Positions 27,615-38,354 of a DNA stretch of 41,123 nt are shown here, in pieces (the first letter of the stretch is position 1; every line of letters begins with the position of its first letter). The stretch is from Myxococcota bacterium (lineage in GTDB: Bacteria > Myxococcota_A > UBA796 > GCA-2862545): NCBI GenBank assembly GCA_039208735.1, contig JBCCQY010000074.1, positions 1-41,123 of the forward strand, given 5' to 3'. The translations under genes were made by a program, and so were the position numbers. The notes below the pieces were generated by a model. The model was not told where the DNA came from, did no database searches, and was given only the letters and a program-made list of their open reading frames with translations.

Positions 27615-29036
27615 ATGCGTTGGGCTTGGATCATGGCGGCGTTGCTCGTCGCCTGCGGCGGTACGGAACCGGTACCGACGGTCGGCGACTACGCAGCAGG
27701 TGTGGGGATCCGCCGGGTTGCGATCATGCAAGGCGTCGACAACACGCTGTACCGGTGGAACGGCCCTTCGCCGCGTGACGTGCCGGTGATCGCCCGACGT
27801 GACGGTCTCCTCCGGTTCTACGTCTCGTTGGCCGAAGACTTCGAAGCCCGCGATCTGGTCGGTACGCTCACGTTGGTCGACAATCTCGGCCAAACGTTGG
27901 AGACCCTGATCGTGGAGCAGCGCGTCCAGCGCGCCTCGTTGACGGCCGATCTCGATTCCACGTTCAATTTTAAGCTGACCGGTGATCAAATCCGTCAGGG
28001 CACGGAGTTTTTCTTCGAACTGCGCGAAACGGACGTGACGCGACCCGGGGGGCGAGCGGAGGACACGACGTTCAACTCGGCGGTCGAGGGCAACGGGTTC
28101 AACCCGCGGCCCACGGACACCCTCACCCTCGTCATCATCCCCCTCATCTACGAAGCGGATGGCTCGAACCGCGTCCCCGACATCAGCGACGAGCATGTCG
28201 AAGAGATGCGTCTCGCGATGTACGCGTTGTATCCGGCGTCAGATGTGGTGATCCGAGTCGAAGAACCACGGTCTTGGTCGGAACCTGTGAGTTCCACGTC
28301 CGGCCAAGAGTGGACCAACCTACTCATCGCGGTCTCGAACCTCGCGGCGGGTGCCCAGGAGGCGCCCAACACGTACTACTACGGGCTGTTCGATCCCGCG
28401 TCGTCGATCGGCGTGTACTGCCAACGCGGCTGCACCTTGGGCCTGTCGACGCTGGCCACCACCGCCGAAGCGTTCCCCCGGGCCTCCATCGGCCTTGGCT
28501 ATCGCGGCATTGCTGCGAGTACCCTCGTCCACGAAGTGGGTCACGCCCATGGGCGGCCCCATGCCCCGTGCGGGGGCGCGCGTGGCACGGACCCAGATTA
28601 CCCCTACGATGACGCTGCGATCGGAGTCTGGGGCTACAGCATCAACAACGATGAGCTTCGCGAGCCCTCCCGGGTCGACATGATGTCCTACTGCGACCCG
28701 ATTTGGATTTCGGACTACAACTTTGCCTTGCTCCACGATCGCATTGATGAGCTGCGCGACTTCCCCCGCAGCGTTCCCGTCGAAGTGACGCGGCTGTTTG
28801 TCGATGAGAATGGCACGACCACGGTGGGCACCCCCGTCAAGGTGCGAGGCCCCCACGTCAACGCCCAGCAGGTAGAGGTCGACGTCTATGATGCGAGCGG
28901 GGAATGGCTGCGTTCGGTCAAGGGCGCCTATTCGCCGTTCAGCCACTTCGACGGAGGCTCGGTCCTGCTCGACGAGGTGCTCAAGTCAGGGCACACCGCG
29001 CAGGTGCGAGGCGTCACCGGCGAAGGCGGGCCGTGA
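27615..29036 (+). CDS. Metzincin metalloprotease lipoprotein (M66-like)
   Basis: Lipobox LLVAC; HEVGHAHGRPHAPC; DMMSYC Met-turn; WISDY. Confidence 0.88.
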   Translation: MRWAWIMAALLVACGGTEPVPTVGDYAAGVGIRRVAIMQGVDNTLYRWNGPSPRDVPVIARRDGLLRFYVSLAEDFEARDLVGTLTLVDNLGQTLETLIVEQRVQRASLTADLDSTFNFKLTGDQIRQGTEFFFELRETDVTRPGGRAEDTTFNSAVEGNGFNPRPTDTLTLVIIPLIYEADGSNRVPDISDEHVEEMRLAMYALYPASDVVIRVEEPRSWSEPVSSTSGQEWTNLLIAVSNLAAGAQEAPNTYYYGLFDPASSIGVYCQRGCTLGLSTLATTAEAFPRASIGLGYRGIAASTLVHEVGHAHGRPHAPCGGARGTDPDYPYDDAAIGVWGYSINNDELREPSRVDMMSYCDPIWISDYNFALLHDRIDELRDFPRSVPVEVTRLFVDENGTTTVGTPVKVRGPHVNAQQVEVDVYDASGEWLRSVKGAYSPFSHFDGGSVLLDEVLKSGHTAQVRGVTGEGGP

Positions 29037-29076
29037 CCGCCTTGTGAGTCGTGCAACACGGGTGTACGCTTAGGAA

Positions 29077-29613
29077 ATGCACTGGGTGTTGGTGGCGCTG
29101 TTGATCGTCCCCTCCTTCGCCGGCAAACGACGGCCGAAGGAACGCCCTCCCGACGGATTCCAGGAGATGGTGGTACAAGCCGTGGTGCCGGTGCCCAACG
29201 GGGCCGTGGTGGTGCTGTCCGACAAATCGCAAGCCAACGTGCTGCATATGGTGGTGGGGCCGACCGAAGGGCGCACGATCTTCCTGCGTCACGAACGTCG
29301 AACGTTTCAACGACCCCTCACCCATGACTTGTTCGACGAAATCATGGGCTTCGTCCACGCCGAAGTGGTGGAAGTTCGCATCGATGACATTCGCTCCGAC
29401 ACCTTCGTGGCCCGCGTCACGGTCCAGACCAAGCGCCGCAAGCGCCATACGATCGACGCACGAGCCAGCGACTCCATCGCTATGGCGTTGGGCCGTGGTT
29501 TGCCGATCTACATCGCAAACCACGTGATTGCGAAGATGGCGGTCAGGCCAGAAGATCAAGTGCTTCCCCTTGAGGACGCACCCGATTCAGATGACCCCCG
29601 CGATGCGCTCTAA
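29077..29613 (+). CDS. Bifunctional nuclease (DUF151/BFN) family protein with signal-like N terminus
   Basis: RPLTHDL, V.I......F.A and IDARASDSIAMAL motifs. Confidence 0.88.
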   Translation: MHWVLVALLIVPSFAGKRRPKERPPDGFQEMVVQAVVPVPNGAVVVLSDKSQANVLHMVVGPTEGRTIFLRHERRTFQRPLTHDLFDEIMGFVHAEVVEVRIDDIRSDTFVARVTVQTKRRKRHTIDARASDSIAMALGRGLPIYIANHVIAKMAVRPEDQVLPLEDAPDSDDPRDAL

Positions 29614-30629
29614 GCGTCGTCGGTAAGCACGATCTTGCCGATGTGTTGACCGCTCTCGAGATGGTTTAGGGCGTCGGGCAAGGCCTCGAAGGGAAAGGTC
29701 TTGTCGAGCACGGGGTGCAGCCCGTGCTGGCCAACCACATCGAGCGTGCTGCGGGTGGTCGACCACGAACCGACGAAGACCCCCTGGCAACGGATTTCCT
29801 TCATCAGCAAGGGCAGTACCGAAAGGTCGGAGCTTCCGCCCGCCACGACCCCAATGACGGCGACGGTGCCTCCAGGGCGCACGGCGTCAAGCGACTGGGC
29901 CAGGGTTCCGGCTCCCCCCACTTCGACCACCACGTCGATGCCGTCGGGAGCCGCCCACTTGCGGGCGGTACGGCCCCAGCGCGGATCCTCGGGGTAGCGG
30001 ATGACCTCATCGGCTCCCAGTTCGCGCAGTTTCGCCGCCTTGGCCTCGCTTGACGTCGTGGCGAGCACGGAGGCGCCAAGGGCTTTGGCGAGCTGCAGGG
30101 CCCAGACCGAGACGCCACCCGACCCAAGCACGAGCACGCGCTGACCCGCGGTCAACCCTCCAAGCTCGACAAGGGCGCGGTAGGCGGTAACCCCCGCGCA
30201 GGGCACAGTTGCCGCTTCGGCGAGACTCAGCCCGTCGGGCACTTTGACAAGGTCTTGGCCGGGCAAGGTCTGATGGGTGGCCGCAAGGCCCGGAATCGGT
30301 CCTCCGCGGGTCTTGCGCAGTGCGTCATGGTTTGGTCCGCCGTCTCGCCAGCTGGGGCTGAAGGCGGCCACGACGCGGTCACCGACGGATACGCCAGAGG
30401 CCTCGCCAGCGGCGATTACGGTTCCCGCCGCGTCCGACAACGGAATGAACGGAAAGCTCAGACGGGGGTCGTATTGGCCGTCGATCATGAGTCGGTCACG
30501 AAAGTTGATCGACCACGCCGACCAACGAATCGTGGCTTCGCTCGCGTCTGGGGCCGCGGGCTCCTGGACTTCGGCAAGGTGAAGATTTGAGCGACCAAAT
30601 GCGTCGCGAACGGTCCATTGCCTTGGCAT
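29610..30629 (-). CDS. Zn-independent MDR family NAD(P)-dependent alcohol dehydrogenase/quinone reductase
   Basis: SINFRD, IPLSDAAG, AATVPCAGVTAY, GSGGVS, VEVGG and HIGKIV motifs. Confidence 0.92.
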   Translation of the reverse strand: MPRQWTVRDAFGRSNLHLAEVQEPAAPDASEATIRWSAWSINFRDRLMIDGQYDPRLSFPFIPLSDAAGTVIAAGEASGVSVGDRVVAAFSPSWRDGGPNHDALRKTRGGPIPGLAATHQTLPGQDLVKVPDGLSLAEAATVPCAGVTAYRALVELGGLTAGQRVLVLGSGGVSVWALQLAKALGASVLATTSSEAKAAKLRELGADEVIRYPEDPRWGRTARKWAAPDGIDVVVEVGGAGTLAQSLDAVRPGGTVAVIGVVAGGSSDLSVLPLLMKEIRCQGVFVGSWSTTRSTLDVVGQHGLHPVLDKTFPFEALPDALNHLESGQHIGKIVLTDDA

Positions 30630-30711
30630 GTGCACTCCGGGTCAGATGACCAGTTTACGGCGGAGTGTGCCGAGGACGGATACAACGCTGGACGTCGGCC
30701 GAGAGGGAACC

Positions 30712-31659
30712 ATGGCGGGTTGGAGAAAATGGTCGGATTCCGATGCCCCCGCGACCGACTGGGCGCCCTTCTTCTCGGCGGCCGAACTCGAACACTTCCA
30801 GCTCGCCGTCGAGGCCGATCTACGAGGCCGGGGCCTGTCCTTCCGCCTGCATGATGGTTTGGTGTGGGTCCGCACCGATGAAGGCGATGACGATGGAGAG
30901 GAGCGCTTCGGGCTCAAGAACTTGGCTCAACTTTGCCATCAAAGCCATTTGACGGAGTTCGCCGAGATCATTGCCGGGCACTTTGATGCGTTGTTCGCCG
31001 GCCGGTCCGATCGCGAACTGATGGATTTGTGGAATGCGGATCTCGAAGCGGCATTGCCAAATCTGAAGCTTCGAATCTATCCGTCCAGTACGCTGGCCGA
31101 TGCACGTGAGAACTTGATCGTTCGAGAGGTCGCGCCCGATCTCCTTGCCGTCCTGTGCTTCGACTTGCCGCGGATTGTGGCTACGGTTCCTGCAGCCTCG
31201 CTCGACAGTTGGGGAGTCACGCTCGACGAGCTTTGGCCCATCGCGGTCGACAACGTTCGCCAGGATCCCGACCTGGAGCGTACGGACCAGGTTCTACCGG
31301 ATGACATCATCGTGTCGGCGCTGATTGGCGACAGCCTGTTCACGGCATCCCAGCTGCTGTGCCTCGACGGTTGGGTCGAGCCGGTCACGCTGTTTGGGGC
31401 GGTCGTGGCGGTCCCCCATCGCCATGCCTTGCTTTACCACCCCATCATGGGCCCCGAAGTGGTCGATGCGGTCGCGCGCATGGCGCCGATGGCCCTCGAA
31501 ATGCACGCGCAGGGGCCGGGCTCGATCACGCCCGAGCTGTTTTGGTGGCGTCCGGGTCAGATCGATGCGCTCCCGACGGACTACGACGATGGGCAGCTGC
31601 AGTTCATGCCCCCGGCTTCGTTCCTGGCCGTCCTGGAGCAGCTCGTTCGACCGAACTGA
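30712..31659 (+). CDS. Conserved hypothetical protein (possibly DUF1444-like)
   Basis: Good codon usage; FGLKNLAQLC, LKLRIYP, GDSLFTAS, AVPHRHALL and GPGSITPELFWW. Confidence 0.7.
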   Translation: MAGWRKWSDSDAPATDWAPFFSAAELEHFQLAVEADLRGRGLSFRLHDGLVWVRTDEGDDDGEERFGLKNLAQLCHQSHLTEFAEIIAGHFDALFAGRSDRELMDLWNADLEAALPNLKLRIYPSSTLADARENLIVREVAPDLLAVLCFDLPRIVATVPAASLDSWGVTLDELWPIAVDNVRQDPDLERTDQVLPDDIIVSALIGDSLFTASQLLCLDGWVEPVTLFGAVVAVPHRHALLYHPIMGPEVVDAVARMAPMALEMHAQGPGSITPELFWWRPGQIDALPTDYDDGQLQFMPPASFLAVLEQLVRPN

Positions 31660-31674
31660 CGTCGAGGAGTCCAC

Positions 31675-32841
31675 TTGTCCGCTCTGCTCATGATTCCAGG
31701 TCCCATCGAGTTGTCTGCCGGTGTGAAGGCGACGCTCGAGACCCCTCCGCTGTCCCACACTGACCCTGGGTTGATCGAACGGTTTGGCCGCGCCCTCGGC
31801 GCGATGCGAGAGGTCTGGCGTGCAGAGGCTGATCATCAGCCGTTTGTCGTGGCCGGAAGCGGTACCCTGGCCATGGAAATGGCGGTTACGAACCTCCTCG
31901 ACCCGGGCCAGAACGCCGTAGTGGTGGACCTCGGAGTGTTTGGCGAACGCATGGCGCACCTCGCCGAAGTCCGCGGGGTCAATGTGGCTCGCGTCACGGC
32001 CGAGGTTGGGCAGTCGGTGGCGCTCGATGATGTGGCGAGCGCCATCGAACGTCGCCGCCCTCACGCGGTGTTCATCACCCATGTCGACACGTCCACAGGG
32101 GTGCGAGTCGATGTGCCGGCGATCGCCAAGCTGGCGAAGGAAGCGGGGGCGCTTGTCGTGGTCGATGGGGTCTGTGCGACCGCTGCGGAACGGCTGGATC
32201 AGACGGCCTGGGGCATCGATGTGGCGCTGACCGGCTCGCAAAAAGCGATCGGAGCGCCTCCGGGGCTAGCCTTGCTGGTGGCGAGTCCTCGGGCCCTTGA
32301 AGCCCGCAAGCGACTGGTCACGCCGCCGCCGGTGTTCATGGACTTCGAGCGTTGGCTGCCAATCATGACCGCCTACGCCGAAGGACGACCCAGCTACTTC
32401 GCGACCCCTGCCACCGGTCTCATCCCGGGCTTGGCCGTCGCTCTCGACGAGATCCTCGCCGATGGACTCGATGAGGTCTTCACTCGGCATGCGGCGGTTG
32501 CGCGGGCCCTCCGGCGTGCCTGGGACCACCTGGGACTTACGTTGGTGCCCCCAGATGACGTTGCGGCCAACACGCTCTCGGCGCTGCACCTGCCCGCGGG
32601 GGTAGGCGGGGACCTGCCGGCAAAGGTGGCCGCGAAAGGGGTGGCCATCGCCGGTGGATTGCACCCTGCGCTAAAGGGCACATCGATTCGCATCGGTCAC
32701 ATGGGCGATGTCACGAAGCAGCCCGAGGCGCTCCGGCAGACGGTTGAAGCGGTGGGGGGAGCCTTGGCCGATGCAGGGCAGCCTGGCGATCTAACGGCGG
32801 CTCTTCAAGCGATTCGCGAAATCGACATCACGATGGCTTGA
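31675..32841 (+). CDS. Class V PLP aminotransferase (alanine-glyoxylate/serine-pyruvate type)
   Basis: LMIPGP, GSGTLAME, HVDTSTG, VDGV, TGSQKA..PPG (PLP lysine) and RIGHMG. Confidence 0.95.
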   Translation: MSALLMIPGPIELSAGVKATLETPPLSHTDPGLIERFGRALGAMREVWRAEADHQPFVVAGSGTLAMEMAVTNLLDPGQNAVVVDLGVFGERMAHLAEVRGVNVARVTAEVGQSVALDDVASAIERRRPHAVFITHVDTSTGVRVDVPAIAKLAKEAGALVVVDGVCATAAERLDQTAWGIDVALTGSQKAIGAPPGLALLVASPRALEARKRLVTPPPVFMDFERWLPIMTAYAEGRPSYFATPATGLIPGLAVALDEILADGLDEVFTRHAAVARALRRAWDHLGLTLVPPDDVAANTLSALHLPAGVGGDLPAKVAAKGVAIAGGLHPALKGTSIRIGHMGDVTKQPEALRQTVEAVGGALADAGQPGDLTAALQAIREIDITMA

Positions 32842-33319
32842 ACCGCGGCCGACGGTCCTTCAGCTCCGCCATCTCGAGGGCGAAGCTTGCGGCTTCGTCG
32901 CGAAGCTGTCGGAGCTGACCCACGATCCAGGACAGCCGGCGACCGGGAGCCGGCGCGGGAATCCGCATGCGTTGGCCTCCCCACAACAGGAGTTCGAGTT
33001 CGCGATCGAACACCTCGACCTCGCGAACGTCCCGCATCGCGACCGACCAGCGTTTCCCCAACGGAGCGCTGCACGTCAGGCGGTCATGGGTCACGGTCAG
33101 CGTGGCTTCATGGTCGCGTCGGGTCGCCCACCACACCCCAGCGGCAGGGGTGCCAAGGAGCGCCATCGCGATGAGGGGCTCAGCGGCCAGAAAGGCGCCG
33201 GCGACTGACATCGCTGCGTAGAACAGCGTGAGTTCGGGACCCACCCGAATCGGCAGAACGGGTACCGGGAACCGAACGGTGAAGCCATCGGCGAGGTACT
33301 TGAGGGTGTGGTCGCGCAT
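32828..33319 (-). CDS. Hypothetical membrane protein (2 TM plus PH-like domain)
   Basis: Two hydrophobic segments followed by LTVTHDRL...VAMRDVREV. Confidence 0.6.
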   Translation of the reverse strand: MRDHTLKYLADGFTVRFPVPVLPIRVGPELTLFYAAMSVAGAFLAAEPLIAMALLGTPAAGVWWATRRDHEATLTVTHDRLTCSAPLGKRWSVAMRDVREVEVFDRELELLLWGGQRMRIPAPAPGRRLSWIVGQLRQLRDEAASFALEMAELKDRRPRFKPS

Positions 33320-33378
33320 ACCACGAGCGTACCGCTAATCGGCCCGCTCGTGGGTCGCGGTGCGTCGGTGCTGCGACC

Positions 33379-34353
33379 CTACGGGGTCGCGTCTTCGAGG
33401 TAGGACAACATTTCGGAGTCGGTTCCGAGCAGCAGCGTCGTATCGCTATCGACGGTTTCCTTCAGCGTCTCCATGGACTTTGCGAAGCGGTAGAAGCGGG
33501 CGTTGGCGTTGTAGGCCTTCGCGTAGATGTCGGCTGCGTTGGCGTCGGCCTCACCGCGAATGAGCTTGGCCTCCTTTTCGGCTTCGGAGGTGATTCGCTT
33601 CAGTTCGCGTTCCTTTTCACCGTTGATGCGAGCCGCTTCCCCCTTGCCTTCGCTGCGGAACTGCTCGGCGATTCGTTTCCGTTCTGAGATCATCCGCTGG
33701 AACACCTCGGTTCGAACGGACTGAACGTAATTGATTCGCTTGAATTGGAAATCTAAGATTTCAACCCCCAAGTCAGCGGTCCGGGTCTTGCTTGCCTCGA
33801 GCACCATTCGGGCCAGTTCCTTTCGTCCGACGGCGACCTGGAAGTCACGCTGTTCGAGATCATCACCGCCTTCGCCTTCACGAATGCCGCTCGAAAGACC
33901 CCCAACATCTTCGTCGTCGACGGCGAACTCCCGACCCGAGGTGCGCACGACTTCGATGAGATTGTGTCGCGCAATGACGTTTCGCGTCTCGCCATCAAGA
34001 ATGTCGTCGAGACGGGATTGCGCCCCCCGTTCATCACCGAGCCGCTCGAAGAACTTGAGGGGGTCGGAGATGCGCCAGCGCGCGTAGGTATCGACGAAGA
34101 TGAACCGCTTGTCACTGGTGGGGATGCGGTTGCGCTCTCCGTCCCATTCGAGAAAGCGCTTTTCGAACCGGTTGACGTCCTGAATGAACGGAACCTTGAA
34201 GTGAAGACCGGGCTCGGTCACCGCTTCGCCTACGGGTCGCCCGAACTGGGTGATGACGACCTGATCGACTTCGTTGACCACGTAGGTGGCTTGCGTCATG
34301 CCAAACAGGCCGACCACGACGAGCACCAGAATGCCGATGAATGCAGTGCGCAT
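33379..34353 (-). CDS. hflC: FtsH protease modulator HflC
   Basis: VVITQFGRP..EPGLHFKVPFIQ, ARWRISDPL, RMISERKRIA..FRSEG and GEADA. Confidence 0.95.
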   Translation of the reverse strand: MRTAFIGILVLVVVGLFGMTQATYVVNEVDQVVITQFGRPVGEAVTEPGLHFKVPFIQDVNRFEKRFLEWDGERNRIPTSDKRFIFVDTYARWRISDPLKFFERLGDERGAQSRLDDILDGETRNVIARHNLIEVVRTSGREFAVDDEDVGGLSSGIREGEGGDDLEQRDFQVAVGRKELARMVLEASKTRTADLGVEILDFQFKRINYVQSVRTEVFQRMISERKRIAEQFRSEGKGEAARINGEKERELKRITSEAEKEAKLIRGEADANAADIYAKAYNANARFYRFAKSMETLKETVDSDTTLLLGTDSEMLSYLEDATP

Positions 34354-34354
34354 C

Positions 34355-35326
34355 TCACTTCCCTCCTTCGAGGTTGAGGAGCGGCAGCACGCCTTTGGCG
34401 TTGTCGCTCAACACGATCTTCTGCTTGGCCTTCGGGTAGATTTCGGCCATGGTCTCGAGGTAGATGCGCTGACGGGTCACCTCGGGAGCACGCTCGTAAG
34501 CTTCTCGGAGCTTCGTGAAGGCCGCGGCCTCACCCTCGGCGAAGTTGACCCGTTCCGTGGCATACCCGTTGGCCTTGGCCAGGGTTTCCTCGGCGCGACC
34601 CCTCGCGGCGGGAATGACTTGGTTAAACGCTGTTTTGGCTTCGTTGATGAGCCGCTCGCGTTCCTGCTGCGCCTGGTTGACCTCGTCGAAGCTGGCCTTC
34701 ACTTCGTCGGGCGGGTTGACGTTTTGCAGCACGACCTGGTCGATCTCGATGCCCATCTCGTACTCGTCGCACTTCTGCTGGAGCATTTGCTGGGCGGTGT
34801 CTTCGATCTCTTGTCGGCCGATGGTGAGCACCTCGGTGACGCTGCGGTCGCCGATGATCTCTCGCATCACGGCCTCGTTGAGGTCGCGGAAGGTCGATTC
34901 CACATTCCGCACCTTGAAGAGGAACTGGTAGGCATCCTTCACCCGGTACTGTGCGATCCACTCGACGCTGGCCACGTTGAGGTCGCCGGTGAGCATCAAT
35001 TTTTCGTCACCGAACGAACCTCCTTCGTATTGGGTTCGCACGGCGGCCCGGGCGGTCCGGAACCCGAACTCCTCCTTGAGCTGCCGCTTGGTCGGGACTT
35101 TGTAGACCGACTCGATGGGGTAGGGCAGCTTGAACTGCAGGCCTGGCTCGGCGGTGCGCACATAGCGACCGAAGCGGAGCAGGACACCCTGCTCTTCGGG
35201 ACCGATGGTGAAGACGCCCGTGCTCAGCAGCCCCAGGCCGAACAAGGCCGCAACGGCGACGAGCAGGGTGCTCACGGCACCGACGCTCGGCCGTTGGGGG
35301 TTGAAATTGATCACGTCTCTGGCCAA
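34355..35326 (-). CDS. hflK: FtsH protease modulator HflK
   Basis: GVLLRFG, MLTGDLN, NPPDEVKASF, ARGRA and PEVTRQRIYLETM; TTG start. Confidence 0.95.
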   Translation of the reverse strand: MARDVINFNPQRPSVGAVSTLLVAVAALFGLGLLSTGVFTIGPEEQGVLLRFGRYVRTAEPGLQFKLPYPIESVYKVPTKRQLKEEFGFRTARAAVRTQYEGGSFGDEKLMLTGDLNVASVEWIAQYRVKDAYQFLFKVRNVESTFRDLNEAVMREIIGDRSVTEVLTIGRQEIEDTAQQMLQQKCDEYEMGIEIDQVVLQNVNPPDEVKASFDEVNQAQQERERLINEAKTAFNQVIPAARGRAEETLAKANGYATERVNFAEGEAAAFTKLREAYERAPEVTRQRIYLETMAEIYPKAKQKIVLSDNAKGVLPLLNLEGGK

Positions 35327-35464
35327 TTTGCCGTCCTTTTGCTGGGGGTCGGGGTGTGGGTACGTAACTGCGCGCTCACCATTTCACGACAAGCTCCCTG
35401 ACCGGGGAGGTCGCGCTTCGTAACGGAGCAGGACAGTCCTGAATCCAGGCAGTAAAGTGCGTCC

Positions 35465-37267
35465 ATGATGCGGCTTGGCTGGTTGGTGTTGGTGGGATGC
35501 GTCACCGAGGATTTCGACGGCGATGGCTACGTCGAGCCCGAGGACTGCAACGACAACAATGCGGACGTGTTTCCGGGGGCCCAGGAAGTCCCCTATGACT
35601 TCATCGATCAGGACTGCGACGGGTCGGATTGGAGTGACATCGACCGCGACGGATTCGACAGCGACGTCGTGGGCGGCGCCGATTGCAATGACTTCCGTGC
35701 CCTTGTCAATCCGGCGGCCGCCGAGATTCCCTACGACGGCATCGACCAGAACTGCGACGGGTGGAGCGATTTCGACTTCGACTTCGATGGGTTCGAGGCG
35801 CAGGGGTTCGGTGGTGACGACTGCGACGACACCTCGGCTTCGGTGGTGCCGCTCGATTTCGACGGGGATGGGTTTTCCACCTGCACTGGCGATTGCGACG
35901 ACGACGACCCCAACCGGTTCCCCGGCGCCGAACCGATCTGCGGAAACGGCGTCGAAGACGACTGTGACGGGGTAAGCGACTGCGCGCCGCAGGGTGCCGT
36001 CGACGTGACCGAACTGCCGATTCGCATCGAGGGTTCGAGCGGCGTGCGGGACTTCGGGATGGGCCTTGCGCTGCCCGGCGACCTGACGGGCGATGCCTTC
36101 CCGGAGATGGTGGTTTCCGGCACGGGCCCCGATGGCGAAGGCCGCATTTGGGTCTTTGAGGGGCCAATGCAGTCGGGCGAGAGCACAGGGGCGCGATCGA
36201 CGATTTGGGTTCCGGGAACCGACGTTGGCGTCGTGTCCGCCGGAGACCTCGATGGCGACTTGATGAGCGACCTGATCGTGACCTGGACTGACGGGCCGTT
36301 GGCCAGGATCTCCGTGGTTTCGAGTGCGCGCATCAAGAAGCGGGACGTCGATCTCGAAGATGTCACGACGCTCGAGCTGCAGACCCGGGCGTCGGATCGC
36401 CTCGACCCCGACGTTCAGGTGCTCAACGGCGACACGCTGGTCATCGGGGCGAGCCGGGCTGCAGACCAGAGCGGTCGGGTCTACCTCATGCCTACGGCTC
36501 CCCAGCCCTTCACCGTGACGCTTGGCGATCAGGGTGGCGTCATCGAAGGGGCCAACGGGGAAGGATTGGGGCACGCGGTGGCGGCCCTTGATGTGAATGG
36601 AGATGGATTCGACGACCTGGTGATTGGCGGCCTGCCTGACCCCTTCGATCGGAACACCACCTACGTGGTGGAGTCTCCGTCCACCACGGGGGTTCAGCGC
36701 ATCGCGGACATTGCCACCGCGCGAATCGACACGTCGTCGCCGTGGCGGCTCATCGAAACCGCCACCATGGCCGACCTCGATGCCGATGGACGGGCGGACC
36801 TTATCCTGGGCATGCCGGCGTTCGACCGACGAACCGGGGCACTGGTCGCCTTCACCACGCCACCGACGGGCGACTTGTCGATGGACGATGCGACCATTCA
36901 GATCGTGGGCCTTGGGGATCAGAGCTTCGCCCAGCGAATTGCGACGGGTGACCACGACGGGGATGGATTTACCGATCTCATGATCGGTGCGCCCGGGATT
37001 TACAACGAAGGTGGCGACAACAGCGCCCCCGGAAGCGTCCATTTCTTCTACGGTCCGTTCGAGCGCGAAAACCTGGTTTCGTTGGCCGATGACTGGCGCT
37101 TTTTTTCGCTGCCCGTCGAGAACCGACGCATTCTCATGGGCTTCCAAGTGGCCATGGGCCGGCTCGATGCCGACTCCCACCTCGACCTGACGTTCTCCAT
37201 TCCTCGGCTGGAGGGTGGTGCGGTGTTCGTCCAGCCCGGCGGTACATCGGCGATCAACGGGATTTGA
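35465..37267 (+). CDS. Lipoprotein with multiple MopE-like Cys/Asp repeats and FG-GAP propeller
   Basis: Lipobox LVGC; repeated DxDGDG...DCND...PGA.E..YDGIDQxCDG; FG-GAP repeats ([17 protein letters not shown]). Confidence 0.92.
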   Translation: MMRLGWLVLVGCVTEDFDGDGYVEPEDCNDNNADVFPGAQEVPYDFIDQDCDGSDWSDIDRDGFDSDVVGGADCNDFRALVNPAAAEIPYDGIDQNCDGWSDFDFDFDGFEAQGFGGDDCDDTSASVVPLDFDGDGFSTCTGDCDDDDPNRFPGAEPICGNGVEDDCDGVSDCAPQGAVDVTELPIRIEGSSGVRDFGMGLALPGDLTGDAFPEMVVSGTGPDGEGRIWVFEGPMQSGESTGARSTIWVPGTDVGVVSAGDLDGDLMSDLIVTWTDGPLARISVVSSARIKKRDVDLEDVTTLELQTRASDRLDPDVQVLNGDTLVIGASRAADQSGRVYLMPTAPQPFTVTLGDQGGVIEGANGEGLGHAVAALDVNGDGFDDLVIGGLPDPFDRNTTYVVESPSTTGVQRIADIATARIDTSSPWRLIETATMADLDADGRADLILGMPAFDRRTGALVAFTTPPTGDLSMDDATIQIVGLGDQSFAQRIATGDHDGDGFTDLMIGAPGIYNEGGDNSAPGSVHFFYGPFERENLVSLADDWRFFSLPVENRRILMGFQVAMGRLDADSHLDLTFSIPRLEGGAVFVQPGGTSAINGI

Positions 37268-37937
37268 TGTGCGCGAGGTAGGCGTCCATGGTGTAGGGCG
37301 CCTCGTCGGGAAACGTTCGCTCCGTCGGGGTGGGCCCCGAGATGCGGTCGATGCGAAAGTTCCGGTAGTTCGACCGGAGTTCGCACCATGCGGCAAGCGT
37401 CCAGTGGCGGCCCCAAAACCATAGACCAAGCGGGCAGATCGAACGATGGGTGATCGACCCGTTGTCGGCTTCATAGTCGATGGCCAGGACGTGCCGGGAG
37501 CCGATGGCCTGTCGAAGGGGACCTAGGTTCGCAAGTGCGGTTCGGTCCACGGCAAACGGTGGAATCGCAAACAACGGCGTGCCCTCGATTCGCTCGGTCC
37601 CTCCTGGCAGGATTGCCGCGAGCTTGTCGAGGGCCGATCGGGAAGCGATCGAAAGGGCGCGGTCGGTGAAGCGCTCCACGAGGCGGGCCCCCAACACCAA
37701 CGCCTGCACTTCTTCGACGTCGAACTGCACCGGGGGCAAGGGGCCTCGCGAGTCGAGCAGGTAGCCTACGCCGGCCTCGCCGCGAATCGGGACGTCGTTG
37801 GCGATGAGGTCCGCGACGTCGCGGTATACGGTTCGCACCGACACTTCGAGATGCCGAGCGATCGCCTTGGCGGTGACCGGCTGGCGACGTTGCCGCAAGA
37901 ACGCGACCAGTCGATAAAGCCGGTCCGCCTGGCTCAC
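37254..37937 (-). CDS. YafY-family HTH-WYL transcriptional regulator
   Basis: [41 protein letters not shown] overlaps the upstream stop. Confidence 0.93.
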   Translation of the reverse strand: MSQADRLYRLVAFLRQRRQPVTAKAIARHLEVSVRTVYRDVADLIANDVPIRGEAGVGYLLDSRGPLPPVQFDVEEVQALVLGARLVERFTDRALSIASRSALDKLAAILPGGTERIEGTPLFAIPPFAVDRTALANLGPLRQAIGSRHVLAIDYEADNGSITHRSICPLGLWFWGRHWTLAAWCELRSNYRNFRIDRISGPTPTERTFPDEAPYTMDAYLAHIKSR

Positions 37938-38335
37938 TGGGGCAGCTCGTGGAAGAAGTCGAGCACGAGCCCAGTCGGGTCGACCACATGCAAGCTGCGC
38001 CAGCCCCACGGGCGGTCGGTGGCGGGGTCGGCGATGGGTACGCCCGCGTCCTCGAGCTTCGCCTGCACCTGGTCTGCATTGGCGACGGGCACGGACAGGA
38101 GCACGCCTTGGGAGCCGGTCGCGCCCTCAAAGACCATGAAACACAATTGGGGCCCCTTTTCGCCAAACGGTGTCAACTGCACTTGAAGGTACCGCTCCAG
38201 GTCGTACGTCGCGGGGCAGCCCATTGTCTCGAGGTAGAACGCGCGCACCTGTGCGAGGTCTGCGACCTGGACGAGGGGGAACGCTTGGGTATGGTCCGTC
38301 GTAACGAACGTCGGGTCTTGGGTATCGGTCACCAT
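37934..38335 (-). CDS. VOC/glyoxalase family protein
   Basis: VADLAQVRAFY and DRPWGWRSLHVVDPTG; GGAGG RBS. Confidence 0.88.
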   Translation of the reverse strand: MVTDTQDPTFVTTDHTQAFPLVQVADLAQVRAFYLETMGCPATYDLERYLQVQLTPFGEKGPQLCFMVFEGATGSQGVLLSVPVANADQVQAKLEDAGVPIADPATDRPWGWRSLHVVDPTGLVLDFFHELPQ

Positions 38336-38354
38336 GCTGGCCTCCAGTGTCCCC

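Noticed and set aside
34286..35401. 371-aa plus-strand ORF
   Set aside because: Antisense shadow of hflK.
35384..37474. 696-aa minus-strand ORF
   Set aside because: Antisense shadow of the MopE/FG-GAP gene; no motifs; typical of high-GC DNA.
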